NCBI GenBank assembly: GCA_965221125.1
Contig: CBDCRW010000007.1
Location: 800,001-864,000 of the forward strand
Direction: 5' to 3'
DNA from: Alphaproteobacteria bacterium
Lineage (GTDB): Bacteria > Pseudomonadota > Alphaproteobacteria > UBA828
Length of the DNA: 64,000 bases
The stretch's first letter is position 1. Every line of letters starts with the position of its first letter. Below the pieces are notes generated by a model. That model did no database searches. It was given only the letters and a program-made list of their open reading frames with translations, and was not told where the DNA came from. This document shows, one piece after another, positions 48,620 to 57,786 of the stretch. The translations under genes and the position numbers were made by a program.

Positions 48620-49639
48620 ATGGCGGGCAAGAAATGGAAATGGGCCGTCCTCTTCAGCGGCGACAACCTCACCCTCGACGAGACCATCGACTTCGCCGCC
48701 AGGGCGGAGGATGCAGGCGCGGAGAGCCTGTGGACCACCGAGCTCGGCCGCGATGCCTTCGTGCCGCTGGCCGGCATGGCCGCCCGCTGCAAGCGCGCCC
48801 GCCTCGGCACCGGCGTCGCCATCTTCGCCCGGCCCCCGGCGCTCACGGAGATCAGCGCCATGTCGATGGCGGAGCTGACTGAAGGGCGCTTCGTGCTCGG
48901 CCTCGGCACCGCGCCGCCGGCGTGGAACGAGAACTGGCACGGCCTTCCCTACCGCCGGCCGGTACGGCGCATGCGCGAATACGTCGAGGCGATCCGCCTG
49001 ATGTGGACCGCGAGACCCGAATCGCCCGTCGAGTACGAGGGCGAACTCATCACCATCCGCGACTACCGCCGCGTGCTCGCACCGCCCTGCGCCCCGCCGC
49101 CCATCTACCTCGCCGCGGTGCAGCCGGCGATGCTGCAGCTCACCGGCGCGATCGCCGACGGCCTGCTGGCGAACCTGCTCAACACGCCCCGCTACTTCAC
49201 CGACATCGTGCACCCCAACATCGACAAGGGGCTCGCCAGGGCCGGGCGGAGCCGCGCGGACATCAAGCTCTGCTCGCTCAAGGTCTGCTCCGTTGACCGC
49301 GACCGGGAGCGCGCCCGCCGGCGCGCGCGGGGTCCCATCGCGTTCTACTCGTGCCTCCCCTACTTCGACCAGGTGCTCGACCCCGCCGGCTTCACGCGCC
49401 AAAAACTCGCGATCCGCGATGCCTGGGCGCGCGCCGACCTCGCCGCCATGACCGACCTCGTGACCGACGACATGGTGGACGCGCTGGTGTTGGCCGGCAC
49501 GCCGGACGACGTGCGCGGCCAATTGGACCGCTTCGAGGGGCTGTTCGAGACCGTGCTGCTCTACTGCCCGATGCCCTTCATCGACCGCGAGGAATCTTTG
49601 GCCAACCACGATGCGATGATCGAGGCGTTCGCGGAGTGA
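48620..49639 (+). CDS. LLM-class oxidoreductase (Mer-like, possibly F420-dependent)
   Basis: AEDAG..SLWTTE, LGTGVA, GRFVLGLG, PPIYLAA, IADG, AGTPDDV; start ATG 48620. Confidence 0.85.
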   Translation: MAGKKWKWAVLFSGDNLTLDETIDFAARAEDAGAESLWTTELGRDAFVPLAGMAARCKRARLGTGVAIFARPPALTEISAMSMAELTEGRFVLGLGTAPPAWNENWHGLPYRRPVRRMREYVEAIRLMWTARPESPVEYEGELITIRDYRRVLAPPCAPPPIYLAAVQPAMLQLTGAIADGLLANLLNTPRYFTDIVHPNIDKGLARAGRSRADIKLCSLKVCSVDRDRERARRRARGPIAFYSCLPYFDQVLDPAGFTRQKLAIRDAWARADLAAMTDLVTDDMVDALVLAGTPDDVRGQLDRFEGLFETVLLYCPMPFIDREESLANHDAMIEAFAE

Positions 49640-49670
49640 ACGGGGTCATCTCACTGGGAAATATGAACCA

Positions 49671-49783
49671 CCGGGCCGAAGGCCCGGACGGCGCGCTAGC
49701 GCCGCGCGCGTAGCGCGAAGCCAAGCGAGCGTCGCGCGTCCACGCGCGCAGGCGCGCGATGCGAGCGCCCGGCGCTTGAGGGA
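49671..49783 (+). repeat. Hairpin-rich intergenic repeat, copy B
   Basis: CCGGGCC-GAA-GGCCCGG ACGGCGCG ... AGCCAAGCGAGC-[30-nt extra stem-loop]-GCGAGCGCCCGGCG..TGAGGGA. Confidence 0.85.
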
Positions 49784-49802
49784 ACACGAAAGAGAGAGAC
49801 GC

Positions 49803-50360
49803 ATGACCAGCTACGCCGAGACCCAGCGCCTGCCGCGCGCGGACCGCAGCGACTTTCCGCCTGCGAAGACGGAGATCTGGGACCACGTGGTCGAGACCCG
49901 CAAGCTCGACTTCATGCCCAACATGTTCGCGGTGATGGGACAGAGCCCGGACGCGCTGAGGGCGGTGGCTGCCGTGGGCGAGCACGTGCGCTGGCATTCG
50001 GCACTGGATAACGACATGCGCGAAATGGTCATCTGCACCGTCGCCCAGGCGGTCGGCAACGTCTACGAGTGGGACCACCACATCCACAAGGTGCCGGAGC
50101 GCTTCCGCACGGCCGTGGGCACGCTCGCCATCGAGGCCGAGCCCGCGCCGCTGGGGCCGGCGCTCCGCCTCTGCCGCCTGCTGGCGAGCGGGGAGGACGT
50201 GGACGACGCGCTGGTCGCGGACCTGCGCGAGTCGCTGGGCGAGGCGGGCCTCGTCGATCTCGTGGTGATGATCGGCTACTACCAGCTCTTGGGCAGCTTC
50301 TGCGCCGTGCTCGGCATCGAGGTCGAGGACAGCGTCGCCCACGTCCCCTTCAACGGCTGA
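49803..50360 (+). CDS. Carboxymuconolactone decarboxylase/AhpD-like protein
   Basis: NMFAVMGQSP, REMVI..VA....NVYEWDHH, LVDLVVMIGYY. Confidence 0.8.
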   Translation: MTSYAETQRLPRADRSDFPPAKTEIWDHVVETRKLDFMPNMFAVMGQSPDALRAVAAVGEHVRWHSALDNDMREMVICTVAQAVGNVYEWDHHIHKVPERFRTAVGTLAIEAEPAPLGPALRLCRLLASGEDVDDALVADLRESLGEAGLVDLVVMIGYYQLLGSFCAVLGIEVEDSVAHVPFNG

Positions 50361-50389
50361 GGCCGGGGCAAGTTAGTCCGGCGCGCACG

Positions 50390-51259
50390 ATGATCTACGA
50401 CCAGCCGCGATTCACGCCGGGCGGCGACCGCTTCATCGAGATGGAGCTGGGCGACGAGCTCAATTTCGACCTCAATTTCCTGGTCCACGCGCTCACCGCG
50501 CGCGTCCGCGAGGCCGCGTTCGACGGCATCATCGAGCTGCTGCCCAACATGGCCTCCATCGTCATCAGTTACGATCCCGACCGCATCGGCTATGAGGACG
50601 TGGTGCGCGAGATCGGCGGGCTTCACGCCTCCCTCGGCTCGCTGGAGGACGTGGAGCTGCCGAGCCCGCTCTACACCTTTCCCGTGCTCTACTTCGACCA
50701 CGTCACCCGCGCCTGCTGGGAGGATTATTGCGCCCGCATCGGCGAGAAGGAATACGACCCCGACCTCATGGTGCGGCTCAACGGGCTGGAGGGCCGCGCC
50801 CAGCTCGCGCGCATCCATTCGGGCACGGAGTACTGGGTTGCGGCGCTCGGTTTCTACCCCGGCTTGGCCTCGCTGATCGCGCTGGACCCGCGCTGCCGCC
50901 TCACGGCGCCCAAGTACAACCCGCCCCGCACCTGGACGCCCAAGGGCACCCTCGGCTACGGCGGCTCCGTCACCTGCCTCTACCCGGCGCGCACGCCGGG
51001 CGGCTACCAGATCATCGGCCACTCGCCGGTGCCCGTGTTCGACCTGGAGCAGCGGCTGCGCGCCTTCCGCGACCGTCTCGCGCTGCTCCGGCCCGGCGAC
51101 CGGGTGCGCTTCGTCCCCGTGGGCCGCGCGGAGTACGACCACGTCGAAGCGCAGGTGGAGAGCGGCGCCTACGAGCACCAGGTCGCGGCCTACACCAAGT
51201 TCTCGATCCGCGCCTACCACGCGTGGCTCGAAACCCTCGACATGAGCGTGCGGTTCTGA
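50390..51259 (+). CDS. PxpB/allophanate hydrolase subunit 1-like protein, copy 1
   Basis: PGGDRFIEMELG, GFYPG, PKYNPPRTWTPKG, YP..TPGGYQIIG, PGDRVRF; start ATG 50390. Confidence 0.85.
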   Translation: MIYDQPRFTPGGDRFIEMELGDELNFDLNFLVHALTARVREAAFDGIIELLPNMASIVISYDPDRIGYEDVVREIGGLHASLGSLEDVELPSPLYTFPVLYFDHVTRACWEDYCARIGEKEYDPDLMVRLNGLEGRAQLARIHSGTEYWVAALGFYPGLASLIALDPRCRLTAPKYNPPRTWTPKGTLGYGGSVTCLYPARTPGGYQIIGHSPVPVFDLEQRLRAFRDRLALLRPGDRVRFVPVGRAEYDHVEAQVESGAYEHQVAAYTKFSIRAYHAWLETLDMSVRF

Positions 51260-51306
51260 AGCGTCTCAGGGCATGTGTCGCAAGCGCTCATGCCTGATAC
51301 GCCGAA

Positions 51307-51364
51307 TCAGGATCGGGCGATCCAGTAGGCCAGTCTCCGATTCGGGAAGGAAGCAGACCGTCAC
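51307..51364 (-). pseudogene. Internally deleted RelE/ParE-type toxin remnant
   Basis: GTGA overlap with the antitoxin stop gives (M)TVCFLPESET, followed at once in another frame by AYWIARS-stop; these resemble the two ends of a ParE-like toxin. Confidence 0.5.
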
Positions 51365-51585
51365 CGCAGCAGCGACCGCGCCTTTCTCTGCACTTCTTCC
51401 GCAGGAATCGCCTTCACCTCTCCACGGTCGAGTTCGCGAGCGCGCCGGGCCGCTTCCGAAAGCCAGCTTCGCTCAAGCTCGGCGTCCGACGGCTCGTCGA
51501 GGCTCAACAGCAGCTTCTCGGCGAGCGCTGCCCTCTCGTCGGGCGGCAGGCTCAGGGCCGCTTCCTGCAGCATCTTGGAGTCCAT
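51361..51585 (-). CDS. Addiction module antitoxin (TIGR02574-like)
   Basis: ALSLPPDERAALAEKLLLSL...W..EAARR..EL..GEVKAIPAEEV; GGAGGAG SD upstream; antisense to the surrounding operon. Confidence 0.85.
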   Translation of the reverse strand: MDSKMLQEAALSLPPDERAALAEKLLLSLDEPSDAELERSWLSEAARRARELDRGEVKAIPAEEVQRKARSLLR

Positions 51586-51821
51586 CGTTCGCTCTCCTCC
51601 GGCCCGCGCCCACGCGATTCCGCTCTTGGGGAACATCATAGATGGCGCAGTCCGAAGATGGCCACGCCATATCGCCCGCACGCTCGAAGGCTCGGGCTTG
51701 TCCCGGACATTGGCTGGCCGCAGGATGACCATACTCAGACGCCGGAGTCCCGCCATGAACCTTGGTCACGATCCGTCGGAACTCGTCCGGCTGCGATGAA
51801 AGCGAGGAACGGACGATCGCC

Positions 51822-52799
51822 ATGATCGAAGTGCTCAAGCCTGGGCTCGAGACCGGCGTGCAGGATTTTCCCGGCCGCTACGGCTTCTGGGAGCAGGGCT
51901 TTCCGCCGTCCGGCCCCTTCGACATGTGGTCCTTCCGCCTGGCCAACCTCTTGGTCGGCAACACGGCAGAGGCGGCGGGGCTGGAAATCCAGTTCCTCGG
52001 GCCCACGCTCCGCTTCGAGAGTGCGGCGGTGATCGCGCTCACCGGCGCCACCATGGCCCCAAAGCTCGACGGCGCGCCCATGCCCCAGTGGGAGAGCGTC
52101 GCCGTCCCCGCCGGCGCAGTGCTGGAGACCGGCTTCGCAAGCGTGGGTGCGCGCGCCTACCTCGCCGTCGCCGGCGGCATCGAGACGGCGCCGGTGCTGG
52201 GCTCACGCGCGACCTTCCACATGGCCGGCGTCGGCGGCATGGAGGGCCACGCGCTCAAGGATGGCCAGCGCCTGCCCGTGAGCGGCGGAGACGGCACGCC
52301 CGGCCGCCGCGCGCGCCTGGACTGCCGCCCACCCATCCCCTCCGAGAACCGCTGGCAGATCGAGGTCGTCGCCGGCCCCAACGATGACTGGATCGACGAG
52401 CAGGGCCAGCGCATGTTCCTGGGGAGCGACTGGACCCTGCAAGCCCGCAGCAACCGCACCGGCTACCGCCTCTCCGGCCCGGAATGGACCTTCGCCGCGC
52501 GCGCGACCGACAAGGGGCCGGAGCACGGCGAGCATCCCTCCAACATCCTCGACCACGGCTACCCCGTCGGCTCCGTGAACCTGTGCGGCCAGACGCCGAT
52601 CATCCTGGTCAACGACGGCCCGTCCGCCGGTGGCTTCATCAACCCGTACACGGTGCCCTCGGCGGCGTTCTGGAAGCTCGCCCAGTCGAAGCCCAACGAC
52701 ATCTACCGCTTCCATCTCGTTTCCGTGTCGGAGGCGCAGGCCGCGCGCCGCGCGATCGACGCGCTCTGCACCGAATCCAGCCTGGAAGCCGCGCCGTGA
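51822..52799 (+). CDS. PxpC/allophanate hydrolase subunit 2-like protein, copy 1
   Basis: IEVLKPGLETGVQDFPGR, PPSGPFD..S..LAN..VGN, GARAYLAVAGG, GSRAT, SNRTGYRL. Confidence 0.87.
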   Translation: MIEVLKPGLETGVQDFPGRYGFWEQGFPPSGPFDMWSFRLANLLVGNTAEAAGLEIQFLGPTLRFESAAVIALTGATMAPKLDGAPMPQWESVAVPAGAVLETGFASVGARAYLAVAGGIETAPVLGSRATFHMAGVGGMEGHALKDGQRLPVSGGDGTPGRRARLDCRPPIPSENRWQIEVVAGPNDDWIDEQGQRMFLGSDWTLQARSNRTGYRLSGPEWTFAARATDKGPEHGEHPSNILDHGYPVGSVNLCGQTPIILVNDGPSAGGFINPYTVPSAAFWKLAQSKPNDIYRFHLVSVSEAQAARRAIDALCTESSLEAAP

Positions 52800-53665
52800 T
52801 CTACGACGAGCCGCGCTTCCTGCCGGGCGGCGATACCTTCGTGCTGGTGCAGTTCGGCGACGACGCGCGGATCGACCTCAACTTCATGGCGCTCGGCCTC
52901 ACCGCCGCGCTGCGCGAGGACCGCACGAAGGGCGTGATCGACACCAACCCCTCCTACAACTCGGTGGTGGTCGAGTACGACCCGGACCTGATCGGCCTGG
53001 ACGACCTGGAGCGGGAGCTGCAACGCCTGATCGAGGGGCTGGGCTCGGTCGAGGACCTGGAACTTGAAAGCAGGCTCGCGTACCTGCCCGTGATGTACAA
53101 CGACCCCTGGACCAGGGCCTGCGTGGAAGACTACGCCCAGCGCATCGCGCCCCGCGATGGAGACCCGGAATTCGTCGCCCGCATCAACGGGTTGGAGGAC
53201 AAAGCTCAGCTTGCACGTGTGCATTCGGGGACCGAGCACTGGGTCGTCGCCGTCTGCTCCACGCCGGGTCTGCCGCTGATGGTGGCGCTGGACCCCCGCT
53301 GTGCCATCACCTCGCCCAAGTACAACCCGCCCCGCACCTGGACCACGCTGGGCGCCATCGGCGTCGGCGGCCTCTCCACCTCGATCTACACGACGCCGGG
53401 GCCCGGCGGCTACAACCTGATCGGGCGCACGCCCGTGCCGCTCTGGGACACGCAGGCGAGCCTCCCCGCCTATCGCGACCGCGTGGTGCTGCTGGACGCC
53501 GCCGACCGCGTCAAGTTCGTGCCGGTCGAGCAAGAAGAGTTCGAGTACATCGAGCGCAGGGTGGCCGAGGGCACCTACGCCTTCAACGTGACCGGCTACC
53601 AGCGCTTCTCGGTCCGCCAATACAAGGCGTGGGCGGCCTCCCTCGATACGAGCGAGCGGTTCTGA
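52796..53665 (+). CDS. PxpB-like protein, copy 2
   Basis: GTG start overlapping the previous stop; IYDEPRFLPGGD, PKYNPPRTWT, PGGYNLIGRTP; paralogous to 50390-51259 over its full length. Confidence 0.85.
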   Translation: MIYDEPRFLPGGDTFVLVQFGDDARIDLNFMALGLTAALREDRTKGVIDTNPSYNSVVVEYDPDLIGLDDLERELQRLIEGLGSVEDLELESRLAYLPVMYNDPWTRACVEDYAQRIAPRDGDPEFVARINGLEDKAQLARVHSGTEHWVVAVCSTPGLPLMVALDPRCAITSPKYNPPRTWTTLGAIGVGGLSTSIYTTPGPGGYNLIGRTPVPLWDTQASLPAYRDRVVLLDAADRVKFVPVEQEEFEYIERRVAEGTYAFNVTGYQRFSVRQYKAWAASLDTSERF

Positions 53666-53714
53666 GTCGCGCGGAACGCGCGCGGGAGCAGTCGCGCGGA
53701 ACGCGCGCGGGAGC
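53665..53714 (+). repeat. Perfect 2 x 25-bp tandem repeat
   Basis: AGTCGCGCGGAACGCGCGCGGGAGC occurs twice; each unit holds a CGCGCG-GAA-CGCGCG hairpin. Confidence 0.9.
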
Positions 53715-53721
53715 ACATCTT

Positions 53722-54702
53722 ATGGCGGTCACGGTCATCAAAGGCGGGCTCGAGACCACGGTGCAGGATTATCCCGGCCGCAAGGGCGCCTTCGGCATGG
53801 GCTTCCCGCCGTCCGGCCCCATCGACCACTGGTCGTTCCGCCTCGCCAACGTCCTGGCCGGCAACGCGCCGGGCACGGCGGCGCTGGAATGCGCCTTCAT
53901 CGGGCCGGTGCTGCGCTTCGAGCGGGATACGGTGATCGCGCTCACCGGCGCCGACATGCGGGCCACCCTCGACGGCGAGCCCGTGGCGCTCTGGGAAAGC
54001 GTCGGGGTCCGCGCCGGGCAGACGCTCGCGCTGGGCTCCGCCATCACAGGTGCGCGGACCTACATCGCCTTTGCCGGCGGCATCGACGTGGCGCCGTTCC
54101 TCGGCTCGCGCGCGACCTTCGTCATCGGCGCCTGCGGCGGCCTGGACGGCGCGGCGCTGAAGGCGGGGCAGGCCATACCGCTCGGCTCCCCAGACGCCGC
54201 CACGGGCCGCAGATTGAAGGAGGGTGCCCGCCCGCCTTACTCCACCGACGGAACGTGGGAAATCGAGGTCGTCGCCGGCCCCAACGACGACTGGATCGAC
54301 GCGGCCGGCCAGCGGCGCTTCCTGGAGACGGACTGGAAACTCTCGCCCAAGAGCAACCGTGTCGGCTTCCGCCTGGACGGGCCGGACTGGACCTTCACCG
54401 AGAAGGCGACCAACAAGGCGCCGGAGAACGGCGAGCATCCCTCCAACGTGATCGACCATGGCTATCCCATCGGCGCCATCAACCTCTGCGGCCAGACCCC
54501 CATCATCCTGATGGTGGACACACTGACGCTCGGCGGCTTCATCAACCCCTATACGGTACCCACCTGCGCCTGGTGGAAGCTCGGCCAGTCCCGGCCCAAC
54601 GAGACCTACCGCTTCCGCCGGGTTTCGGTCGCCGAGGCCCAGGCCGAGCGCCGGCGCATCGCCGCTCTCTGCACGGAAGAATCGGTCGTTTCGGGCGGAT
54701 AA
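53722..54702 (+). CDS. PxpC-like protein, copy 2
   Basis: GLETTVQDYPGR, PPSGPID, GSRAT, GPNDDWID, SNRVGFRL; paralogous to 51822-52799. Confidence 0.87.
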   Translation: MAVTVIKGGLETTVQDYPGRKGAFGMGFPPSGPIDHWSFRLANVLAGNAPGTAALECAFIGPVLRFERDTVIALTGADMRATLDGEPVALWESVGVRAGQTLALGSAITGARTYIAFAGGIDVAPFLGSRATFVIGACGGLDGAALKAGQAIPLGSPDAATGRRLKEGARPPYSTDGTWEIEVVAGPNDDWIDAAGQRRFLETDWKLSPKSNRVGFRLDGPDWTFTEKATNKAPENGEHPSNVIDHGYPIGAINLCGQTPIILMVDTLTLGGFINPYTVPTCAWWKLGQSRPNETYRFRRVSVAEAQAERRRIAALCTEESVVSGG

Positions 54703-54704
54703 CC

Positions 54705-55868
54705 ATGAGAATCGTCGAAATCCGCGACATCGCCGTGCCCATGGGCGCGCCGATGCGCAACGCCGTCATCGACTTCAGCAAGATGACCGTGAGCGCGGTG
54801 GCCGTCGTGACCGACGTGGTGCGCGGCGGCGCGCCCGTCGTGGGCTTTGGCTTCAACGCCAACGGCCGCTACGCCCAGAGCGCGGTGATCCGCGAGCGGC
54901 TCGCGCCCCGCGTGCTCGAAGCGCCGGAGAGCCACGCGAGCGCCGACGGCACCACGCTCGACCCCCGCGCCATCCGCCGCCTGATGATGCGGAACGAGAA
55001 GCCCGGCGGCCACGGCGAGCGCGCGGTGGCGATGGCGGCACTGGACATCGCCGCCTGGGACGTTACCGCCAAGCTCCGCGACATGCCGCTCTGGGCGCTG
55101 ATCGCCGAGGATGCCGGCAACGGGGCGCCGGAGCGAAACATCCCGGTCTATGCCGCCGGCGGCTACTACGACCCCGACAAGGGCACGGACGGCCTCGTCA
55201 CCGAGATGCAGGGCTACCTCGACGCCGGCTACACGCAGGTCAAGATGAAGATCGGCGGCGCCTCCCTCGACGAGGATTTGGCGAGGATCGAGGCGGTGCT
55301 GGCCTTGCTCGGCGGCGACGGCGCACGCCTCGCGGTGGACGCCAACGGCCGCTTCGATGAGGAGACCGCGCTCCAATACGGCGTGGCGATGAGCGCTTAC
55401 GGTCTCGCCTGGTACGAGGAGCCGGGCGATCCCCTGGATTTCTCCCTCAACGCGGCGGTGGCGGCGGCCTATCCCGCGCCGATCGCAACGGGCGAGAACC
55501 TGCTCTCGCTGCAGGACGCCCGCAACCTGCTGCGCTTCGGCGGCATGCGGCCCGGCCTGGACTTCGTGCAATTCGACCCCGCCCTGGCCTACGGCGTCGG
55601 CGAGACCATCGATATCGTCGCCATGATGGCGGAGGAAGGCTGGTCTCCGCGCCGCTTCCTGCCCCACGGCGGCAATTTGCTGGCGCTCGCCACCGCCGGC
55701 GGCCTCTCTCTCGGCGGCTGCGAATCCTATCCGGGCGTCTTTCAGCCCTTTGGCGGCTTCGCCGACGACACCCCGGTGGAGGACGGGCGGGTCCGCCTGG
55801 GCGATGCGCCGGGTGCGGGCTTCGAGCGCAAGGCGGCGCTCCACGCGCTGCTGCGCACCCTGCTGTAG
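54705..55868 (+). CDS. tarD: D-tartrate dehydratase-like enolase-superfamily enzyme
   Basis: RNAVIDFSKMT, NGRY, NEKPGGHGER, VYAAGGYY, KMKIGG, WYEEPGDPLD, PHGG and ESYP match Bradyrhizobium TarD as recalled; substrate unproven. Confidence 0.75.
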   Translation: MRIVEIRDIAVPMGAPMRNAVIDFSKMTVSAVAVVTDVVRGGAPVVGFGFNANGRYAQSAVIRERLAPRVLEAPESHASADGTTLDPRAIRRLMMRNEKPGGHGERAVAMAALDIAAWDVTAKLRDMPLWALIAEDAGNGAPERNIPVYAAGGYYDPDKGTDGLVTEMQGYLDAGYTQVKMKIGGASLDEDLARIEAVLALLGGDGARLAVDANGRFDEETALQYGVAMSAYGLAWYEEPGDPLDFSLNAAVAAAYPAPIATGENLLSLQDARNLLRFGGMRPGLDFVQFDPALAYGVGETIDIVAMMAEEGWSPRRFLPHGGNLLALATAGGLSLGGCESYPGVFQPFGGFADDTPVEDGRVRLGDAPGAGFERKAALHALLRTLL

Positions 55869-55958
55869 GCGGTGCTTGTCCGGGCAGGCGCCCGGCGGGT
55901 AGAACCGTCGCTGCCGCCTGCCGGGCGCGCGGCGCACACCATTGGGAGGCCACGGGCC

Positions 55959-56885
55959 ATGAGCAAAGTCATCATCACCTGCGCGGTCACGGGGTCCATT
56001 CACACCCCCACCATGTCGCCGCACCTGCCGATCACGCCGGACGAGATCGCGGCCGACGGCGTGGCGGCGGCCGAGGCCGGCGCCTCCATCCTCCACCTGC
56101 ATGCGCGCGATCCCGAGGACGGCCGTCCGACGCCCGACCCCGACGTGTTCATGGCCTTCCTGCCGCGCATCAAGCAGCAGTCGGACGCGGTCGTGAACAT
56201 CACCACCGGCGGCGGGCTCGGCATGACGCTGGACGAGCGCCTGGCCGCGCCCCGCCGCGCGAGCCCGGAGATGACCTCGCTCAACATGGGCTCCATGAAC
56301 TTCGGCATCTACCCGATGCTGAACCGCTACAAGGAGTTCAAGCACGACTGGGAACGGCCCCACCTGGAGGGCACGAAGGACTTCATATTCCGTAATACCT
56401 TCAAGGATATCGAATACATCATGAAGGATTTGGGTGAAGGCCACGGCGTGCGCTTCGAGTTCGAGTGCTACGACGTGGGCCACCTCTACAACCTCGCCCA
56501 TTTCGTCGACCGCGGGCTGGTCGAGCCGCCGCTCTTCGTGCAGACCATCTTCGGCATCCTGGGCGGCATCGGCGCCGACCACGAGAACCTGATGCACATG
56601 CGCCGCATCGCCAACAAGCTCTTCGGCGACGACTACCGCTGGTCGATCCTGGCCGCCGGCCGCCACCAGATGAGCTTCGTCACCATGGGCGCGATGATGG
56701 GCGGCAACATCCGCGTCGGGCTGGAGGACAGCCTCTTCCTCGGCAAGGGCGAGCTGGCGCCCTCCAACGCGGCCCAGGTCGCCAAGGCCCGGCGGATTGT
56801 CGAGGAACTTTCCCTCGAGGTCGCCACACCCGCCGAGGCGCGCGAGATGCTTGGCCTCAAGGGCGGCGATCAGGTCAACTTCTGA
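55959..56885 (+). CDS. Beta-keto acid cleavage enzyme (BKACE/DUF849)
   Basis: KVIITCAVTG, HLHAR, ITTGG, SLNMGSMN, FECYDVGH, RVGLED. Confidence 0.92.
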   Translation: MSKVIITCAVTGSIHTPTMSPHLPITPDEIAADGVAAAEAGASILHLHARDPEDGRPTPDPDVFMAFLPRIKQQSDAVVNITTGGGLGMTLDERLAAPRRASPEMTSLNMGSMNFGIYPMLNRYKEFKHDWERPHLEGTKDFIFRNTFKDIEYIMKDLGEGHGVRFEFECYDVGHLYNLAHFVDRGLVEPPLFVQTIFGILGGIGADHENLMHMRRIANKLFGDDYRWSILAAGRHQMSFVTMGAMMGGNIRVGLEDSLFLGKGELAPSNAAQVAKARRIVEELSLEVATPAEAREMLGLKGGDQVNF

Positions 56886-56928
56886 CCCGCGCCCGGCGCG
56901 CTCGACTGGACAGGTGCCGAGGGAACCC

Positions 56929-57783
56929 ATGAGCCCGGCGGACGCAGGACACGCCAGTACGGACGACGCCGCTGCCGAGACGTTTCGGCGCGACGGCGTC
57001 GTCCACCTCGCGGGCGCCTTTGCCGACTGGCTCGACACCCTCCGCGCCGGAGTCGAGCGCAACATGCGCTCACCCGGTATCTACACGAGGGAATACGAGC
57101 CGGAGGGCTCGAAGGGCTACTTCTTCGGCGACTACTGCAACTGGGCGCGCATCCCGGAATACCGGGACTTCGTGCTCCACTCCGGGGCGGCGGCGCTGGC
57201 GGCCCGGCTCATGCGCTCGGACACGGCGCGCTTCTTCCACGAGCACGTGCTGGTCAAGGAGCCGCAGACCGAATCACGCACGCCCTGGCACCACGACCTG
57301 CCCTACTACTGCATCGACGGAACCCAGGCGGTGAGCTTCTGGACGGCGCTCGACCCCGTCCCGCGCGCGGTCTGCCTGGAGCTCGTGGCGGGCTCTCACC
57401 GCTGGGGAAAATCGTTCATGCCCAGGAAGTTCGCGGGCGTCGACTACCGGCGCGAGGGCGAGGCGCTGGACACCATGCCGGACATCGATGCGCGCCGCGA
57501 CGAGTACGAGATCGTCTCGTTCGACGTGGCGCCGGGCGACGCCATCGCCTTCCACTTCCTGACCGTCCACGGCGCGCCCGGCAACGCGTCGGCGTCCGCG
57601 CGCCGCCGCGCCTTCGTCCACCGCTGGGTCGGCGACGACGTGCGCTTCAAGGTGCGCCCCGGCGAGGTCTCGCCACCCTTCCCCGAGGTGCACGAGCGGC
57701 TAGAGGACGGCGATCTCCTGGACGATCCCGAGTTCCCGCTCGTCTGGCCCACTCCGGCCCAAAGCGAACCCTCAAGCACTTGA
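56929..57783 (+). CDS. Phytanoyl-CoA dioxygenase family protein
   Basis: FHEHVLVKEP, TPWHHD, GSHRW, PGDAIAFH..TVHGA, RRRAF. Confidence 0.88.
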   Translation: MSPADAGHASTDDAAAETFRRDGVVHLAGAFADWLDTLRAGVERNMRSPGIYTREYEPEGSKGYFFGDYCNWARIPEYRDFVLHSGAAALAARLMRSDTARFFHEHVLVKEPQTESRTPWHHDLPYYCIDGTQAVSFWTALDPVPRAVCLELVAGSHRWGKSFMPRKFAGVDYRREGEALDTMPDIDARRDEYEIVSFDVAPGDAIAFHFLTVHGAPGNASASARRRAFVHRWVGDDVRFKVRPGEVSPPFPEVHERLEDGDLLDDPEFPLVWPTPAQSEPSST

Positions 57784-57786
57784 GGG

